Positions 40,218-49,941 of a stretch of 64,000 nt of DNA are shown here, piece by piece (the first letter of the stretch is position 1; each line of letters starts with the position of its first letter). The stretch covers positions 1,088,001 to 1,152,000 of the forward strand of contig CAWJQQ010000009.1 in assembly GCA_963845065.1 (NCBI GenBank). Reading direction: 5' to 3'. The translations under genes and the position numbers were made by a program. Source of the DNA: Nitrospirota bacterium (GTDB lineage Bacteria; Nitrospirota; UBA9217). The notes under the pieces are model-generated. The model ran no database searches. It saw nothing but the letters and a program-made list of their open reading frames with translations, and was not told the origin of the DNA.

Positions 40218-40441
40218 CGAATCATGGGGATACAAGAGATATATCAGACACCGATCAGCCAGGCAATTACAACCTTAATATCAAATTATAAAGTTTCAGT
40301 GCGCTCGCGTGCTGAAAAGCGGCCCCTCGCGCCGATCAAGGGTCCTCTCGTATCTTGCGTATCCCCATATGCATTTCACCTGAGCCCGGACGGATCGAGG
40401 GGCTGATTTATTTATGCCTCTTCGAAAGGAAGGTCAAAACC

Positions 40442-40729
40442 ATGCTTTATGATAGACGCCTACCTCGTTGGCATCGTAGAAAATATCGAGCAGTCAGGAT
40501 TCATGTGGCGCAGCCCATCTATTCCACCGACCGTTTTGATAATTTGACCCCGATATGTTGTTTGCATGCAACTCACGCATTGGATCGAAGTCGCGGGTTC
40601 TCGGATCGGGAGGGATGGATTGCTTCCCTATTCTACCGTTGGTTTAAGAAACTGATCGTGGAAATCATGATGCATGAAATCAGGACGAACAGGAATTTGC
40701 AAATCACAATATCGCGCTATATGGCTTAA
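40442..40729 (+). CDS. Hypothetical phage protein
   Basis: ATG preceded by GGAAGG, in the early operon orientation. Confidence 0.45.
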   Translation: MLYDRRLPRWHRRKYRAVRIHVAQPIYSTDRFDNLTPICCLHATHALDRSRGFSDREGWIASLFYRWFKKLIVEIMMHEIRTNRNLQITISRYMA

Positions 40730-41041
40730 CAGAAATCAGGATGGATAGGATTTTATGAATCGTGATAGAAAAATATGGGCTTGGCTGATAGCCATCGCCT
40801 CGAATTCCTGGATAGTAAGGTGAAGTGCTTTTCCCTTAGGGATGACGATGCTAACATCAATACTTTCCTTGGCTTCTTCTTCCCATAAATGAACGAAAGC
40901 ACCGACTTCTTTTGCTTCTTTTTCACCGATATCGATTTTGTGTACGCGAATATTAATGTTTCCTGCCTCCTCTATGATTTGAATTTGTGCCTGGCAGCAG
41001 AATTCTATCACATGAGGCAGGAAAAATAAACGGAGGTTGTC

Positions 41042-41506
41042 GTGCAATCTCACGAAGCAATTCAGACGGCGATCGGCGGCAAGACAGTTGAGCACGCAAA
41101 GGCTCTTCATCTTTCCTCAAGTGCGGTCCATAAATGGCAGGAGCCATCAACAGACTTCACTGATTCGGGAAGCCTTAATCCTCTGGACCGCGTCGAGACT
41201 ATCATCCAAACATCTCTCAATCTCGATTCATCAATTGATAAGGCCATAGCGCCGGTCCAATATCTTGCCGAACGCTTTGGCCTCATCGTTCTCTCTCTTC
41301 CCAAAATCCCTGACTGTCATGAACAATTAACCGCTGACCTTTTAAAGATGATCGCAGAATTCGGAGATTTGACGAGAGAGACTGGACTTGCCCTGGCACA
41401 ACAGCGGATGACGAAAAAAGAAGCACGTCAGATCGATGAGGATTGCTGGATACTTATCCGGCAGATCGCGGTATTCCTGCACCATGTGGCGGAGGCGGCG
41501 AAATGA
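41042..41506 (+). CDS. Phage regulatory CII-family protein
   Basis: HTH-like start, SGSLNPLDR, PVQYLAERFG and EFGDL pattern. RBS GGAGG. Confidence 0.7.
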   Translation: MQSHEAIQTAIGGKTVEHAKALHLSSSAVHKWQEPSTDFTDSGSLNPLDRVETIIQTSLNLDSSIDKAIAPVQYLAERFGLIVLSLPKIPDCHEQLTADLLKMIAEFGDLTRETGLALAQQRMTKKEARQIDEDCWILIRQIAVFLHHVAEAAK

Positions 41507-41859
41507 ACCTCCTGGACGTGGTTACAAAGAAAGACTTGATGAAACCTTCGGAAATCAGGGACGGCCGGAATTATGGCGGCTATAACCTGAAGCCTCATTT
41601 CATAAAAATGCATGGCCGGCTGATGGGCGGGATCGGGAAACCCATGATCTTCGATCGCAATAGAGTGGAAGCATATCTGGACAGACTCTTCGGGCAGCAG
41701 GAACATGCACGATCGATTAATAAAGAACGCGATGGGGTAATCAAGATCGCCATTGATCGGGCAATAGACGTTGTCAGAAGGGATGCCCACAGTATAAACC
41801 CTTCGCGAGAAATTAAGATCCTGGGCAATGGCGGGAGACAGAAGGGAGTTGCGGCATGA
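41503..41859 (+). CDS. Hypothetical DNA-binding (excisionase-like) protein
   Basis: ATGA coupling. LMKPSE...IFDRNRVEAYL resembles Xis-type wHTH. Confidence 0.45.
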   Translation: MNLLDVVTKKDLMKPSEIRDGRNYGGYNLKPHFIKMHGRLMGGIGKPMIFDRNRVEAYLDRLFGQQEHARSINKERDGVIKIAIDRAIDVVRRDAHSINPSREIKILGNGGRQKGVAA

Positions 41860-42065
41860 CGATCGGGGACATTGAAAAACAATTATGTGATATCAGTCAT
41901 GAGATAGGCTCGATCGCGGAGTGTAATGGAACATTTACTGTCGGTCTTGCAATGAGCATCGCGGATTATGGCAAGCCGATTAAGGAACTTACTATTGCAG
42001 AGCTTCTGGAGCTGTACAAAAAACGCTCTGACAGCTATCAGAAAATATTTGGTCATCTTGCTTGA
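41856..42065 (+). CDS. Hypothetical phage protein
   Basis: ATGA-coupled ORF with GGGAG RBS. Confidence 0.6.
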   Translation: MTIGDIEKQLCDISHEIGSIAECNGTFTVGLAMSIADYGKPIKELTIAELLELYKKRSDSYQKIFGHLA

Positions 42066-42224
42066 TCTTAATTTGCAGGGAAGAGGTGTTCCATATGGAT
42101 TATATGAAAATAGTTTCCGGAAAACCAAGCAGGCAAATAGTTTTTGTGCCGGTCCCTGTGTTTTTTGGGACAGTCATGTGGCCAGAGAAACTCATTATCA
42201 TCGATCTTAACTGAGGACGCCTTT

Positions 42225-42410
42225 ATGGGACCTGCTCTTAAGCGAAGAAAGCTGGTAGGCAAATATCATTTAGATATCTTCCTTAAGTTTTTGGCAGGGA
42301 AGATTGATCTCGAGACATTGGGCCGGCTGAGCGCAAAGACCCCCGATTCTCCTGAGCAGTTACCTCTGGGAATTGGCACAGCCACAGAAGAACCGAGGAA
42401 GATTGCATGA
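42225..42410 (+). CDS. Hypothetical phage protein
   Basis: GAGG RBS, ATGA-coupled to the next ORF. Confidence 0.5.
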   Translation: MGPALKRRKLVGKYHLDIFLKFLAGKIDLETLGRLSAKTPDSPEQLPLGIGTATEEPRKIA

Positions 42411-42625
42411 CGGATGTGGAACGGGAAATAGTTTACACCAAATCGGCATTCCCGAAAACATGCTCTTGCTGCCAAAAAATTCATTCGCAAGAGGATTGGG
42501 CGATGCTCCAGTTTTTGGGCATTCAAAAAGGCACAGATATATCAGGCAAGAGATATGGCCCGGATCTGGATTTGAGGTTATGCAGCTGTGGAACAACAAT
42601 GTCCGTTGATCTGGTTGATTGTTAG
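42407..42625 (+). CDS. Small Cys-rich phage protein
   Basis: CSCC and CSC motifs, GAGGA RBS. Confidence 0.6.
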   Translation: MTDVEREIVYTKSAFPKTCSCCQKIHSQEDWAMLQFLGIQKGTDISGKRYGPDLDLRLCSCGTTMSVDLVDC

Positions 42626-42648
42626 CTTCATGGGATAAGGAGACGATC

Positions 42649-42828
42649 ATGGACGAGGAAACGATTCGCATTGAGGATCATAAGCTGGAGGCGTTTGGGG
42701 ATTGTTACAGAATGATGTGCGGACCGAATGATGTTCTTCTCCTGGACCAACGTCGACCGCTTACATTCGAAGCCTTTTTGAAGCGGATTGGCGCCACCAA
42801 GGGAACACACGAAAGGATTTCGGCATGA
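42649..42828 (+). CDS. Hypothetical phage protein
   Basis: AAGGAG RBS, coupled to the recombinase gene. Confidence 0.55.
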   Translation: MDEETIRIEDHKLEAFGDCYRMMCGPNDVLLLDQRRPLTFEAFLKRIGATKGTHERISA

Positions 42829-43511
42829 ATGAAGCCGTAGGATACATCCGCGTCTCCACAGATAAAGACAAGCAGGCAAACAGCCTCGCTGCCCAGCCGG
42901 AGACCATAAAGCGATATGCGTTTATGCAGGGGTTGAAGCTGATCGATATCGTCCAGGACGAAGTCTCGGCGTTGAAGGTCCCTTTCTTTGAGCGCGAATC
43001 CGGGATCCGGATACGTGAGATGATTAAAAAGGGGAAGGTGCAGCATGTTATCGGTGCGAAGGTGGATCGTCTCTTCCGTGATGCCCAGGACGGTCTTGCC
43101 ACGGCTGACTTGTTTCTGGCCCAGGGCGTCAACCTCCATGTAATCGATACGGGAGGAGTGATCAATGTCAATGACCCAGCCGGCAGGATGATGTTCACCG
43201 TGTTACTCGCCTTTGCCGAGTTTGAGCCACGGAGGATATCTCAGCGGACCCGGGAGGCCATGGGAGTTATGAAGGCAAATAGGCAGAAGGTCGGCAAGGT
43301 CCCGTATGGATACAAGGATAATGGAGAGGGGATGCTGGTTGAAGTTCCGGAGGAAATGGAGCAGATACGAAGGATACAGAGCAAAGCTCGGGAGGGCATG
43401 AAGCTTAAAGATATTGCTACTGCTCTGAACCATCAAGGCGTTCCTACGAAAGAGGGCGCCCGGTGGCATGCGAGCACGATCAGGAATATTGTTCAAAGGG
43501 AAGAAAAATGA
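42825..43511 (+). CDS. Serine recombinase (resolvase domain + short recombinase domain)
   Basis: GYIRVST, KVDRLFR, FAEFE...ISQRT, VPYGY and WHASTIRNI motifs. Confidence 0.92.
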   Translation: MNEAVGYIRVSTDKDKQANSLAAQPETIKRYAFMQGLKLIDIVQDEVSALKVPFFERESGIRIREMIKKGKVQHVIGAKVDRLFRDAQDGLATADLFLAQGVNLHVIDTGGVINVNDPAGRMMFTVLLAFAEFEPRRISQRTREAMGVMKANRQKVGKVPYGYKDNGEGMLVEVPEEMEQIRRIQSKAREGMKLKDIATALNHQGVPTKEGARWHASTIRNIVQREEK

Positions 43512-43676
43512 GACGGACTAACCGTATCATCCGATCGATGGATGGACCAATCAGGGTCCTCAGTTATTTAATGGTAGAACTACGGATTGAACTAAACAAA
43601 ACTGCGAAGGATCTGCAGGAAGAGTTCTCAATCATGAGCACCGGCATTAAGGATCATGGCTCGAAGGAGAGCAAGT

Positions 43677-44075
43677 ATGACGAGCTTTAATAAATTTATC
43701 GGGCTGGGCAATCTCACCCGGGATCCCGAGACCAGATTCACGCCAAAGGGCATAGCGATCTGCAGTTTCGGTATCGCCATGAATCATAAATATAAGCAAG
43801 GCCCCGAGACGAAAGAAGAGGTTTGCTATTTGGATGTAATTGTTTTCGGGAAGTATGCCGAAACCTGCCAGAAGTACCTCGAGAAAGGGCAGGGAATTTT
43901 GGTAGAAGGCAGGATGCGACAACGGCGTTGGGAAACCGATGATGGTCAGACGCGAAATAAGCATGAGCTGATTGCATCGCAAATTCAGTTTATGCCAAAG
44001 AAGGACGGAGGACATGCTTCTTCTCCGGATCCTGGGCCTGAACCACCAATGGATGAAGGGGAAGTGCCTTTTTAG
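43677..44075 (+). CDS. ssb: Single-stranded DNA-binding protein
   Basis: GNLTRDPE, KGQGILVEGR and acidic tail EVPF. Confidence 0.95.
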   Translation: MTSFNKFIGLGNLTRDPETRFTPKGIAICSFGIAMNHKYKQGPETKEEVCYLDVIVFGKYAETCQKYLEKGQGILVEGRMRQRRWETDDGQTRNKHELIASQIQFMPKKDGGHASSPDPGPEPPMDEGEVPF

Positions 44076-44091
44076 ACAGGAGGAAAAAACG

Positions 44092-44292
44092 TTGCAGATA
44101 AGAATTCATTTTGGGTGCACGATGCCGAAGCTGCGAGAACAATTAAAAGAGTATGAAATAAATCATCAGGATCTAAGCCATCTGCAATTGGATGCGGATG
44201 CGTTAAGCCGCCTGCATGTCCGGGGGATTTTATCAGATAGCATGATCCACTCAGGGAGACAGAAATTGATGAAAAAATATTGCACGCGGTGA
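44092..44292 (+). CDS. Hypothetical phage protein
   Basis: TTG start after AGGAGG. Confidence 0.5.
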   Translation: MQIRIHFGCTMPKLREQLKEYEINHQDLSHLQLDADALSRLHVRGILSDSMIHSGRQKLMKKYCTR

Positions 44293-44304
44293 CGGGTTGA
44301 TATC

Positions 44305-44622
44305 GTGGCAGATTATGATTGGTACGAAGACTTTTTTAATCGAAAGGTTTTGCCGAGAATCGGCAAAGATGCCGGAGAATGTCGTGGATTCTTTGCTTGG
44401 CTCGATGTTGCTGATAAACAGCGTTATGACGAGATCCACAGGCTGGAACAATTGATCAGCGAGATCCATCTGGCCAAAGGGGAACGGGAACAATATCGTA
44501 AGGCCTGTCGTGATTTTTATAAGACCGTGATGGATGGTCTTGAAAAATGGCGTAAGGCGATGAATGAACCAAAGCCGGTACCGGTTGAACCCAAACAGGA
44601 AAAGATGACATTTCCAAGGTGA
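44305..44622 (+). CDS. Hypothetical phage protein
   Basis: Co-oriented ORF, GTGA-coupled to the next. Confidence 0.6.
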   Translation: MADYDWYEDFFNRKVLPRIGKDAGECRGFFAWLDVADKQRYDEIHRLEQLISEIHLAKGEREQYRKACRDFYKTVMDGLEKWRKAMNEPKPVPVEPKQEKMTFPR

Positions 44623-44882
44623 GCAAGCGTTGTTTTCAGGACACGGCTAGATATTGGCCACGGTGGAAGATAATGCCCTGGAATAAAGGGTTTGCTATTC
44701 AGGATGAGCGTTATAAAGTCGGCCCTGATTTCATCGCAAGTTGGCGCTGCATTGATTGTAAGTATGTCGGATCAAACTGCAAAAAATATGGATTTGCGAT
44801 TGAATGGAGCACTGGCCCTATCCCCGCGGGTTGCAGATTGAGAAATGTAAAAATTAAGGAGTTAATAAAATATGGAGTATAG
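44619..44882 (+). CDS. Hypothetical Cys-rich phage protein
   Basis: Coupled ORF with CxxC. Confidence 0.5.
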   Translation: MSKRCFQDTARYWPRWKIMPWNKGFAIQDERYKVGPDFIASWRCIDCKYVGSNCKKYGFAIEWSTGPIPAGCRLRNVKIKELIKYGV

Positions 44883-45113
44883 CACAGAAAAAGTACAGGC
44901 AAGAGCAAAGGTTATGGTGAACTTAGAAATAACCTGTGACCCTCTATGGGGAAGTGATTTCACCTTGAAGCAGATACAGAATGAGGCTGCACGAAGTGCC
45001 TTGGCAGATTTTGATAATTTGCTCAGAAAGCAAATTCATTTCAAGGGAATCATAAGTTCAAGATACTTGGATATCCTAAGATAAGTGTGGTTATTGTTGA
45101 GGCGCCACAATGA
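44872..45113 (+). pseudogene. Hypothetical phage gene with probable frameshift near 45060
   Basis: The ORF stops at 45084. A shifted frame KILGYPKISVVIVEAPQ ends in TGA overlapping the next ATG (45110-45113). Confidence 0.4.
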
Positions 45114-45247
45114 AGAAGTACTCTTGTTGCGGACGATGTGATGCCAAAGAAAAAAAGATTGAGACTGATTTCCCTGGATGTCCTGCATGTCATCGCCTGA
45201 TCGACCTGGATGTCAGCATCTGTCCGCATTGTGGCGTAGGATTTTAA
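45110..45247 (+). CDS. 45-aa zinc-ribbon protein (below the ORF-track cutoff)
   Basis: MKKYSCCGRCDAKEKKIETDFPGCPACHRLIDLDVSICPHCGVGF with GAGG RBS. Confidence 0.6.
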   Translation: MKKYSCCGRCDAKEKKIETDFPGCPACHRLIDLDVSICPHCGVGF

Positions 45248-45344
45248 AATCCGTAATGAGGGGAAACCCCATTCAGATTCGCGAAGGGTAGAAATTATCC
45301 TTCTGGTTATTTTGAGAATGGCAATAAAGCATGAGAGGAGGTTG

Positions 45345-45626
45345 ATGAGAATGACGTGGAGTGCAAGAATTACTAAGGTAGATGGAAGTGTACCTGAAGG
45401 CAAGCATAACGCATGCGAGGTTTGTTTGCATGCCCAGAAGAACAAAGCTCTTCCTGAACGGGTTTGGCGTCCATGCAATATTCCAAGCATCGGGAATCAG
45501 CTTGGTGGGTTGCTAACTAGCATCGATGTTGGTGCAGACGGTCACATGGCAGGAGGAAATGCACTGTTACAGTGTCAGGGATTTGAACCGATCCCATCAG
45601 AAAACACGGAAGTGACACATCCATAG
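45345..45626 (+). CDS. Hypothetical phage protein
   Basis: GAGGAGG RBS, CxxC. Confidence 0.55.
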   Translation: MRMTWSARITKVDGSVPEGKHNACEVCLHAQKNKALPERVWRPCNIPSIGNQLGGLLTSIDVGADGHMAGGNALLQCQGFEPIPSENTEVTHP

Positions 45627-45818
45627 AAAGGGGTGATGCCAATGAAGGAGGGGCAGCCTTGGATCAGCTGTCCGTCGGGGGTCTGACCAGCCTTGGAATC
45701 GGTCAAGGGTTTTTAGGTTAGGTGCAAAGCACTCGTTTAAGTAGAGCCCGGGTCCCGTCGATAGCTACCCACTTGCCGGCGGGATCCGGATTGTTTTTAA
45801 AATAGGGAAAAGCATACT

Positions 45819-46448
45819 ATGGATGATGCACAGCAATTCACCTGTGAAACCTTTCACCTGGTGATGCCAATTGAAAAGCAGCCGGAATTCTGCGCGAAGA
45901 GACAGCGCAAAGCATGCGATGGTGATTATTGCGGTATCTGCCCAATCGGGGCACAGGCTGCCAAAAATGCAAGAACGCCGGAGATCAAGAAGATTCCGGA
46001 TAAACATAATGTTGAAATTCATTTTAAAGCGCCAGTCTATGGCACGGACAATTTTCACGAGAAGGTTATTAATAGGGTAATTCAGAATATTAAAGATTCG
46101 AAGGAGGGGGAGATGGCAACAAACAAATCGTGTTCAGAAAAAGATTGCGGGAAGGGATCGGTTAAGGACAGTCTTTGCACAAAACATTATCGCGCCAAAC
46201 ATGGCGTCCTTCCCTACCCAAAAAAGAAGGATGCATTGAAGGCCAGGCCAGGCCAGGCAAAATCTTCATCGGGAAAGAAGCGCCGCGCGAATGGCAATGG
46301 CCACGATCACGAGTGCGAAGGCTGTGAGGCGCTGCAGCTGCAGCTCACTAACTTGAACCGTGCTGAGGCAATCATGGTCGCGGCCGGATTGATACCTGTG
46401 GAAAAGTTTGAACAGGCAAGGAAGATCGCGAGAGAATTAGGAGCATAA
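45819..46448 (+). CDS. Hypothetical Cys-rich phage protein
   Basis: Several Cys clusters including CxxxxC...LCTKHY. Possible internal start after GGAGGGG. Confidence 0.6.
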   Translation: MDDAQQFTCETFHLVMPIEKQPEFCAKRQRKACDGDYCGICPIGAQAAKNARTPEIKKIPDKHNVEIHFKAPVYGTDNFHEKVINRVIQNIKDSKEGEMATNKSCSEKDCGKGSVKDSLCTKHYRAKHGVLPYPKKKDALKARPGQAKSSSGKKRRANGNGHDHECEGCEALQLQLTNLNRAEAIMVAAGLIPVEKFEQARKIARELGA

Positions 46449-46452
46449 CCGC

Positions 46453-46725
46453 ATGAGCATCAAAAATAAATTAATAGACTTGAATAATCATCTGTTTGCT
46501 CAACTTGAAAGGCTGAGCGATGAGGATATTACTGAAGCCAAATTGGGCGAGGAAATAAATAGAGCGAAAGCAGTATGTAGCATCGCCGCTCAAATTATCG
46601 AGAATGGGCGTCTAGCCCTCGATGCTCAGGTTGCAGTTAACGATGGTCTTATAAAATCCAGCCCGGCAATGCTAGGGGTTACACATGAGTATGAAGAAAC
46701 CGACAAGGTCCGGAAGATACGATAA
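46453..46725 (+). CDS. Conserved-type phage protein upstream of HNH gene
   Basis: KNKLIDLNNHLFAQLERL motif, typical of the gene preceding phage HNH_3 genes. Confidence 0.75.
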   Translation: MSIKNKLIDLNNHLFAQLERLSDEDITEAKLGEEINRAKAVCSIAAQIIENGRLALDAQVAVNDGLIKSSPAMLGVTHEYEETDKVRKIR

Positions 46726-47497
46726 CAAGCAGCTCGACTTTTTGCGTAAGGCTTACGCATCGATGCCGGTCCGCGATCTCGTGGTTTTGTTCAATAAGAG
46801 GTTTGGATTGAATAAGACTGCTAGTCAAATACGATCGACATTCAAGAACCATCACATCACGTGCGGACGGAAGCATAAAGACAGGTTCATAATACGTCAT
46901 CGGATTTATACGGATGAACAGATACAGTTTCTGAAGGGCAATTGTTCAAACCATAGCCGTAGAGAGATGACGATGTTCTTCAATGAAATTTTCAACACAT
47001 CAAAGACGCTTGGTCAGATTAAGGGAGCCATCAACAACAGGCATATTCAAAGCGGTCGCACAGGATATTTTCCTAAAGGTCACATCCCATTTAATGCCGG
47101 GACCAAAGGCCTGATGAAAAGGAATAGTGGTACTTTTAAAAAGGGGAACATTCCAGGGAACATTACGCCGCTTGGCACTGAAAGGCTTTCGAAGGATGGT
47201 TACATCGAGATAAAAATCAAAGAACGTAATCCTTACACAGGCTGCCAGACCAGGTATAAACTAAAACACATCTATATCTGGGAACAAGCGAATGGTCCGG
47301 TTCCTGAAAGTCATGTTGTTGTTTTCAAGGATGGCGATAAAAGCCACTGTACGCTGGACAATCTTATCCTGATTTCCCGCGCGGAGCTCTTGCGGTTGAA
47401 TCAAAAGGGTTGGCTGGATATCCCGAATGAGTTGAAACTGAGCATTCTTGCTTTGACAAAACTTGAAGTAAAAACTTTTTCTCTTATGAGGAGATGA
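46685..47497 (+). CDS. HNH endonuclease (HNH_3 type)
   Basis: FKKGNIP repeats, DGYIEIKI and HIYIWE...GPVP...FKDGDK...NL. Confidence 0.88.
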   Translation: MSMKKPTRSGRYDNKQLDFLRKAYASMPVRDLVVLFNKRFGLNKTASQIRSTFKNHHITCGRKHKDRFIIRHRIYTDEQIQFLKGNCSNHSRREMTMFFNEIFNTSKTLGQIKGAINNRHIQSGRTGYFPKGHIPFNAGTKGLMKRNSGTFKKGNIPGNITPLGTERLSKDGYIEIKIKERNPYTGCQTRYKLKHIYIWEQANGPVPESHVVVFKDGDKSHCTLDNLILISRAELLRLNQKGWLDIPNELKLSILALTKLEVKTFSLMRR

Positions 47498-48039
47498 TAA
47501 TGAAAGCCTCTGATTATCTCAAAATCAAAACGCTCGTGTCGAAGACTCATGCCGATGAAATCAAGTGGGCCAAGAATGTAAAGCTCTGCAGCGATCCGGA
47601 CGTCTTCCTCAAGGAGTATATGTGGGTGGTCGTAAACTCCGGGCTGAAGAACCAAGTGGCGCAGAAGATCTATGCCCGGATCCTCGATGCGATTGCGGAT
47701 AGAAAGCCTATCAAAAACGCATTCCGGCATCCCGGCAAGGCTGCGGCCATTACGCGTGCTATCCGGGAATATGAGGAGTGGTTCAAGGAGTATCAGGCAG
47801 CCGAAGATAAGTTGTTATATCTCGAACAGCTCCCGTGGATCGGCAAGATCACAAAATTCCACTTGGCCAGAAATCTCGGCCTAGATGTTTGCAAACCTGA
47901 TCGGCATTTGGTCAGGATAGCATCAAAATACAACACGACTACGGCCGAGCTTTGCCGGCTGCTCGCAGCGGACACTGGCGACCGCATTGGGCTCGTCGAT
48001 GCCGTCATTTGGCGTGCAGCGAATTTGGGGTTGATCTAA
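47494..48039 (+). CDS. HhH-GPD-like DNA glycosylase-fold protein
   Basis: LEQLPWIGKIT helix-hairpin-helix, KPDRHLVR and VDAVIW. Confidence 0.65.
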   Translation: MIMKASDYLKIKTLVSKTHADEIKWAKNVKLCSDPDVFLKEYMWVVVNSGLKNQVAQKIYARILDAIADRKPIKNAFRHPGKAAAITRAIREYEEWFKEYQAAEDKLLYLEQLPWIGKITKFHLARNLGLDVCKPDRHLVRIASKYNTTTAELCRLLAADTGDRIGLVDAVIWRAANLGLI

Positions 48040-48485
48040 TGGACCTTTCTTTCGGTTATACTTGGCCGGCCGCGGTTGCCCTCAGAAAAACAAAGACGCG
48101 ACGGTTCTGGAAACCCATGCATTCAAAGAAGTTCCGCCAGGATATGAGCATATGCGGGATTGATAGAGATCGCCGCGCCGGCGGCATTCAGATATTGCGG
48201 CTCAAGCTCATCAAGACGCCCTACCTACAGCCGATATCGGAAATGCCGGACAGTGATTATGAAGCGGAAGGGTTCGCGTATCTGAACGAGAATAAGCACC
48301 TGGTCCCGACGTGCATGCCTTATGATGTTTCTTGGGAAGGGTTTGAGGCATGGAGGCGCAGCGGTGCGACTCCATATGTGATCGAGTTCAAGATAGAAGA
48401 AGTCTTTCCGATCGCAATTGTCATGTTGGATGAATTGAAAGAATCCGCGCATTACTGGGAATATGTTTCTCCGGGGGAATTATGA
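48039..48485 (+). CDS. ASCH/PUA-like domain protein
   Basis: RKTKTRR (GxKxxTxR-like) and DYEAEGF. TAATG coupling. Confidence 0.6.
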   Translation: MDLSFGYTWPAAVALRKTKTRRFWKPMHSKKFRQDMSICGIDRDRRAGGIQILRLKLIKTPYLQPISEMPDSDYEAEGFAYLNENKHLVPTCMPYDVSWEGFEAWRRSGATPYVIEFKIEEVFPIAIVMLDELKESAHYWEYVSPGEL

Positions 48486-48979
48486 CCCTTGTACTTGCCT
48501 TCCTGCAGAATATGTGGGTTAAGGACCCGCAAGGCACGCAGGAATTTTTGGAGAAGCATCCGGAGTTGCGGGAAAGGATGATTCGCACATTTCTTTTCAT
48601 GGGTTGCCTGACCGGCAGAAGAATAAAAAACTGTTTCGCTGATGTCCTCGATCACATAACTTTCGAGGAGGCTAGTCTCGATATTGCCGGAGACTCGAGG
48701 ACCATCTGTTTTCCAAATCACGAGCATATAAGGTTCAGCCTGGAGAAATATCGGCCGAAGGTTGTATTGACGTTCGGGAAAGTGGCAACCGAAGCGGTTC
48801 GCTCTGAGTATCTGATGTGGACACAGTTTGGACGTATTAAAGGACAGCATTTCATCTCTTGCCCTCATCCCGCTGCGCGCCAAATAGATACGGTAACAAA
48901 ACTCAATGTTGCTGCTGCACAGATTAAAAAAATCCAAGCGCGTTCGTTGGCTAGAACCACAGCGGTCTCTTTCTTTTAA
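48482..48979 (+). CDS. Uracil-DNA glycosylase superfamily protein with atypical motif A
   Basis: LQN, TGRRI, RPKVVLTFGKVA and PHPAAR motifs. Confidence 0.65.
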   Translation: MTLVLAFLQNMWVKDPQGTQEFLEKHPELRERMIRTFLFMGCLTGRRIKNCFADVLDHITFEEASLDIAGDSRTICFPNHEHIRFSLEKYRPKVVLTFGKVATEAVRSEYLMWTQFGRIKGQHFISCPHPAARQIDTVTKLNVAAAQIKKIQARSLARTTAVSFF

Positions 48980-49012
48980 TCAGATATATTCTATGATGAA
49001 AGCAGGTCTTCG

Positions 49013-49468
49013 ATGAAAGCCTACCAAAATACCTTTACTCCGGCTGCCAGGTCACAGGAAGATATCCGGCGAATCCTGATAAAGTATGGCGCCGATGGGA
49101 TGCAATTCTCCGAGGATCGGAAGAACCGGATGATCACTGTGCGGTTTGCATACACGATCAGCTCAATTGAATATTTTGTATCATTCAAAGTACCCATCCC
49201 AAAGGCTGACGAGATGACACCAACGGGACGTCCACGGAAAGGAAGCCAGATAGCTGAGTTGGAAAAGCAGAATGAGCGAGGGATATGGCGCGCAGTATTC
49301 TGGGCTATCAAGAGCCGGATGGAAGCCGTGGAGTTCGGCATCGAAACATTCCAGGAGGCGTTTCTGTCTCACTTCGAGATTCAAGGAACTGACAAGTCCA
49401 TCGGAGATGTTCTGATTCCACGGTTGGCATCCGGAGGCCTAAAACAATTGATGGATAGCAGGAGATGA
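49013..49468 (+). CDS. Hypothetical phage protein
   Basis: SQEDIRRILIKYGA...KSRMEAVEFGIETFQEAFL, co-oriented with the operon. Confidence 0.7.
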   Translation: MKAYQNTFTPAARSQEDIRRILIKYGADGMQFSEDRKNRMITVRFAYTISSIEYFVSFKVPIPKADEMTPTGRPRKGSQIAELEKQNERGIWRAVFWAIKSRMEAVEFGIETFQEAFLSHFEIQGTDKSIGDVLIPRLASGGLKQLMDSRR

Positions 49469-49469
49469 G

Positions 49470-49676
49470 ATGAATAAGTTAGTCGTTAAATGCGTTGGTT
49501 GTGGAGTAAAAAAGGACTTTGATCATATCCCTCACGACATGCCATTCTGTGAACACTGCGGATCTCCAATGATAGCGGAAAGAGCAGAAGTTGGAACAAC
49601 TGATAAAAAAAGAAGCCTAATGGTAGAGGACTGTTGGTGTAATTATTCAAAAGGGGAATGGGATGAAAAGGATTGA
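49470..49676 (+). CDS. Zinc-ribbon protein
   Basis: CVGC...CEHC, AGGAG RBS. Confidence 0.6.
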   Translation: MNKLVVKCVGCGVKKDFDHIPHDMPFCEHCGSPMIAERAEVGTTDKKRSLMVEDCWCNYSKGEWDEKD

Positions 49677-49941
49677 AGAACAATATGAATCTTATAGAAC
49701 TAAAGTGATTCCGAAGACGGCCTCTGAAGTCCAGATCAACGAAACGCGGATTGCTTTTTATGCAGGCGTGGCCTCGATGTTTGCTATTCTCCAAAAGATA
49801 GGCGATACCTCTATCACTCCGGAACAAGGTGAAAAGATATTAGAGGATATCTCCCAGGAGCTTATTGATTATGGAAAACGGCAAAGGGAACTGGCCGAAA
49901 GCAGGAAAATCCGGGATTCCATCTTTAGGGGGACAAAATGA
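49663..49941 (+). CDS. Hypothetical phage protein
   Basis: QINETRIAFYAG motif, coupled ORF. Confidence 0.65.
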   Translation: MKRIEEQYESYRTKVIPKTASEVQINETRIAFYAGVASMFAILQKIGDTSITPEQGEKILEDISQELIDYGKRQRELAESRKIRDSIFRGTK

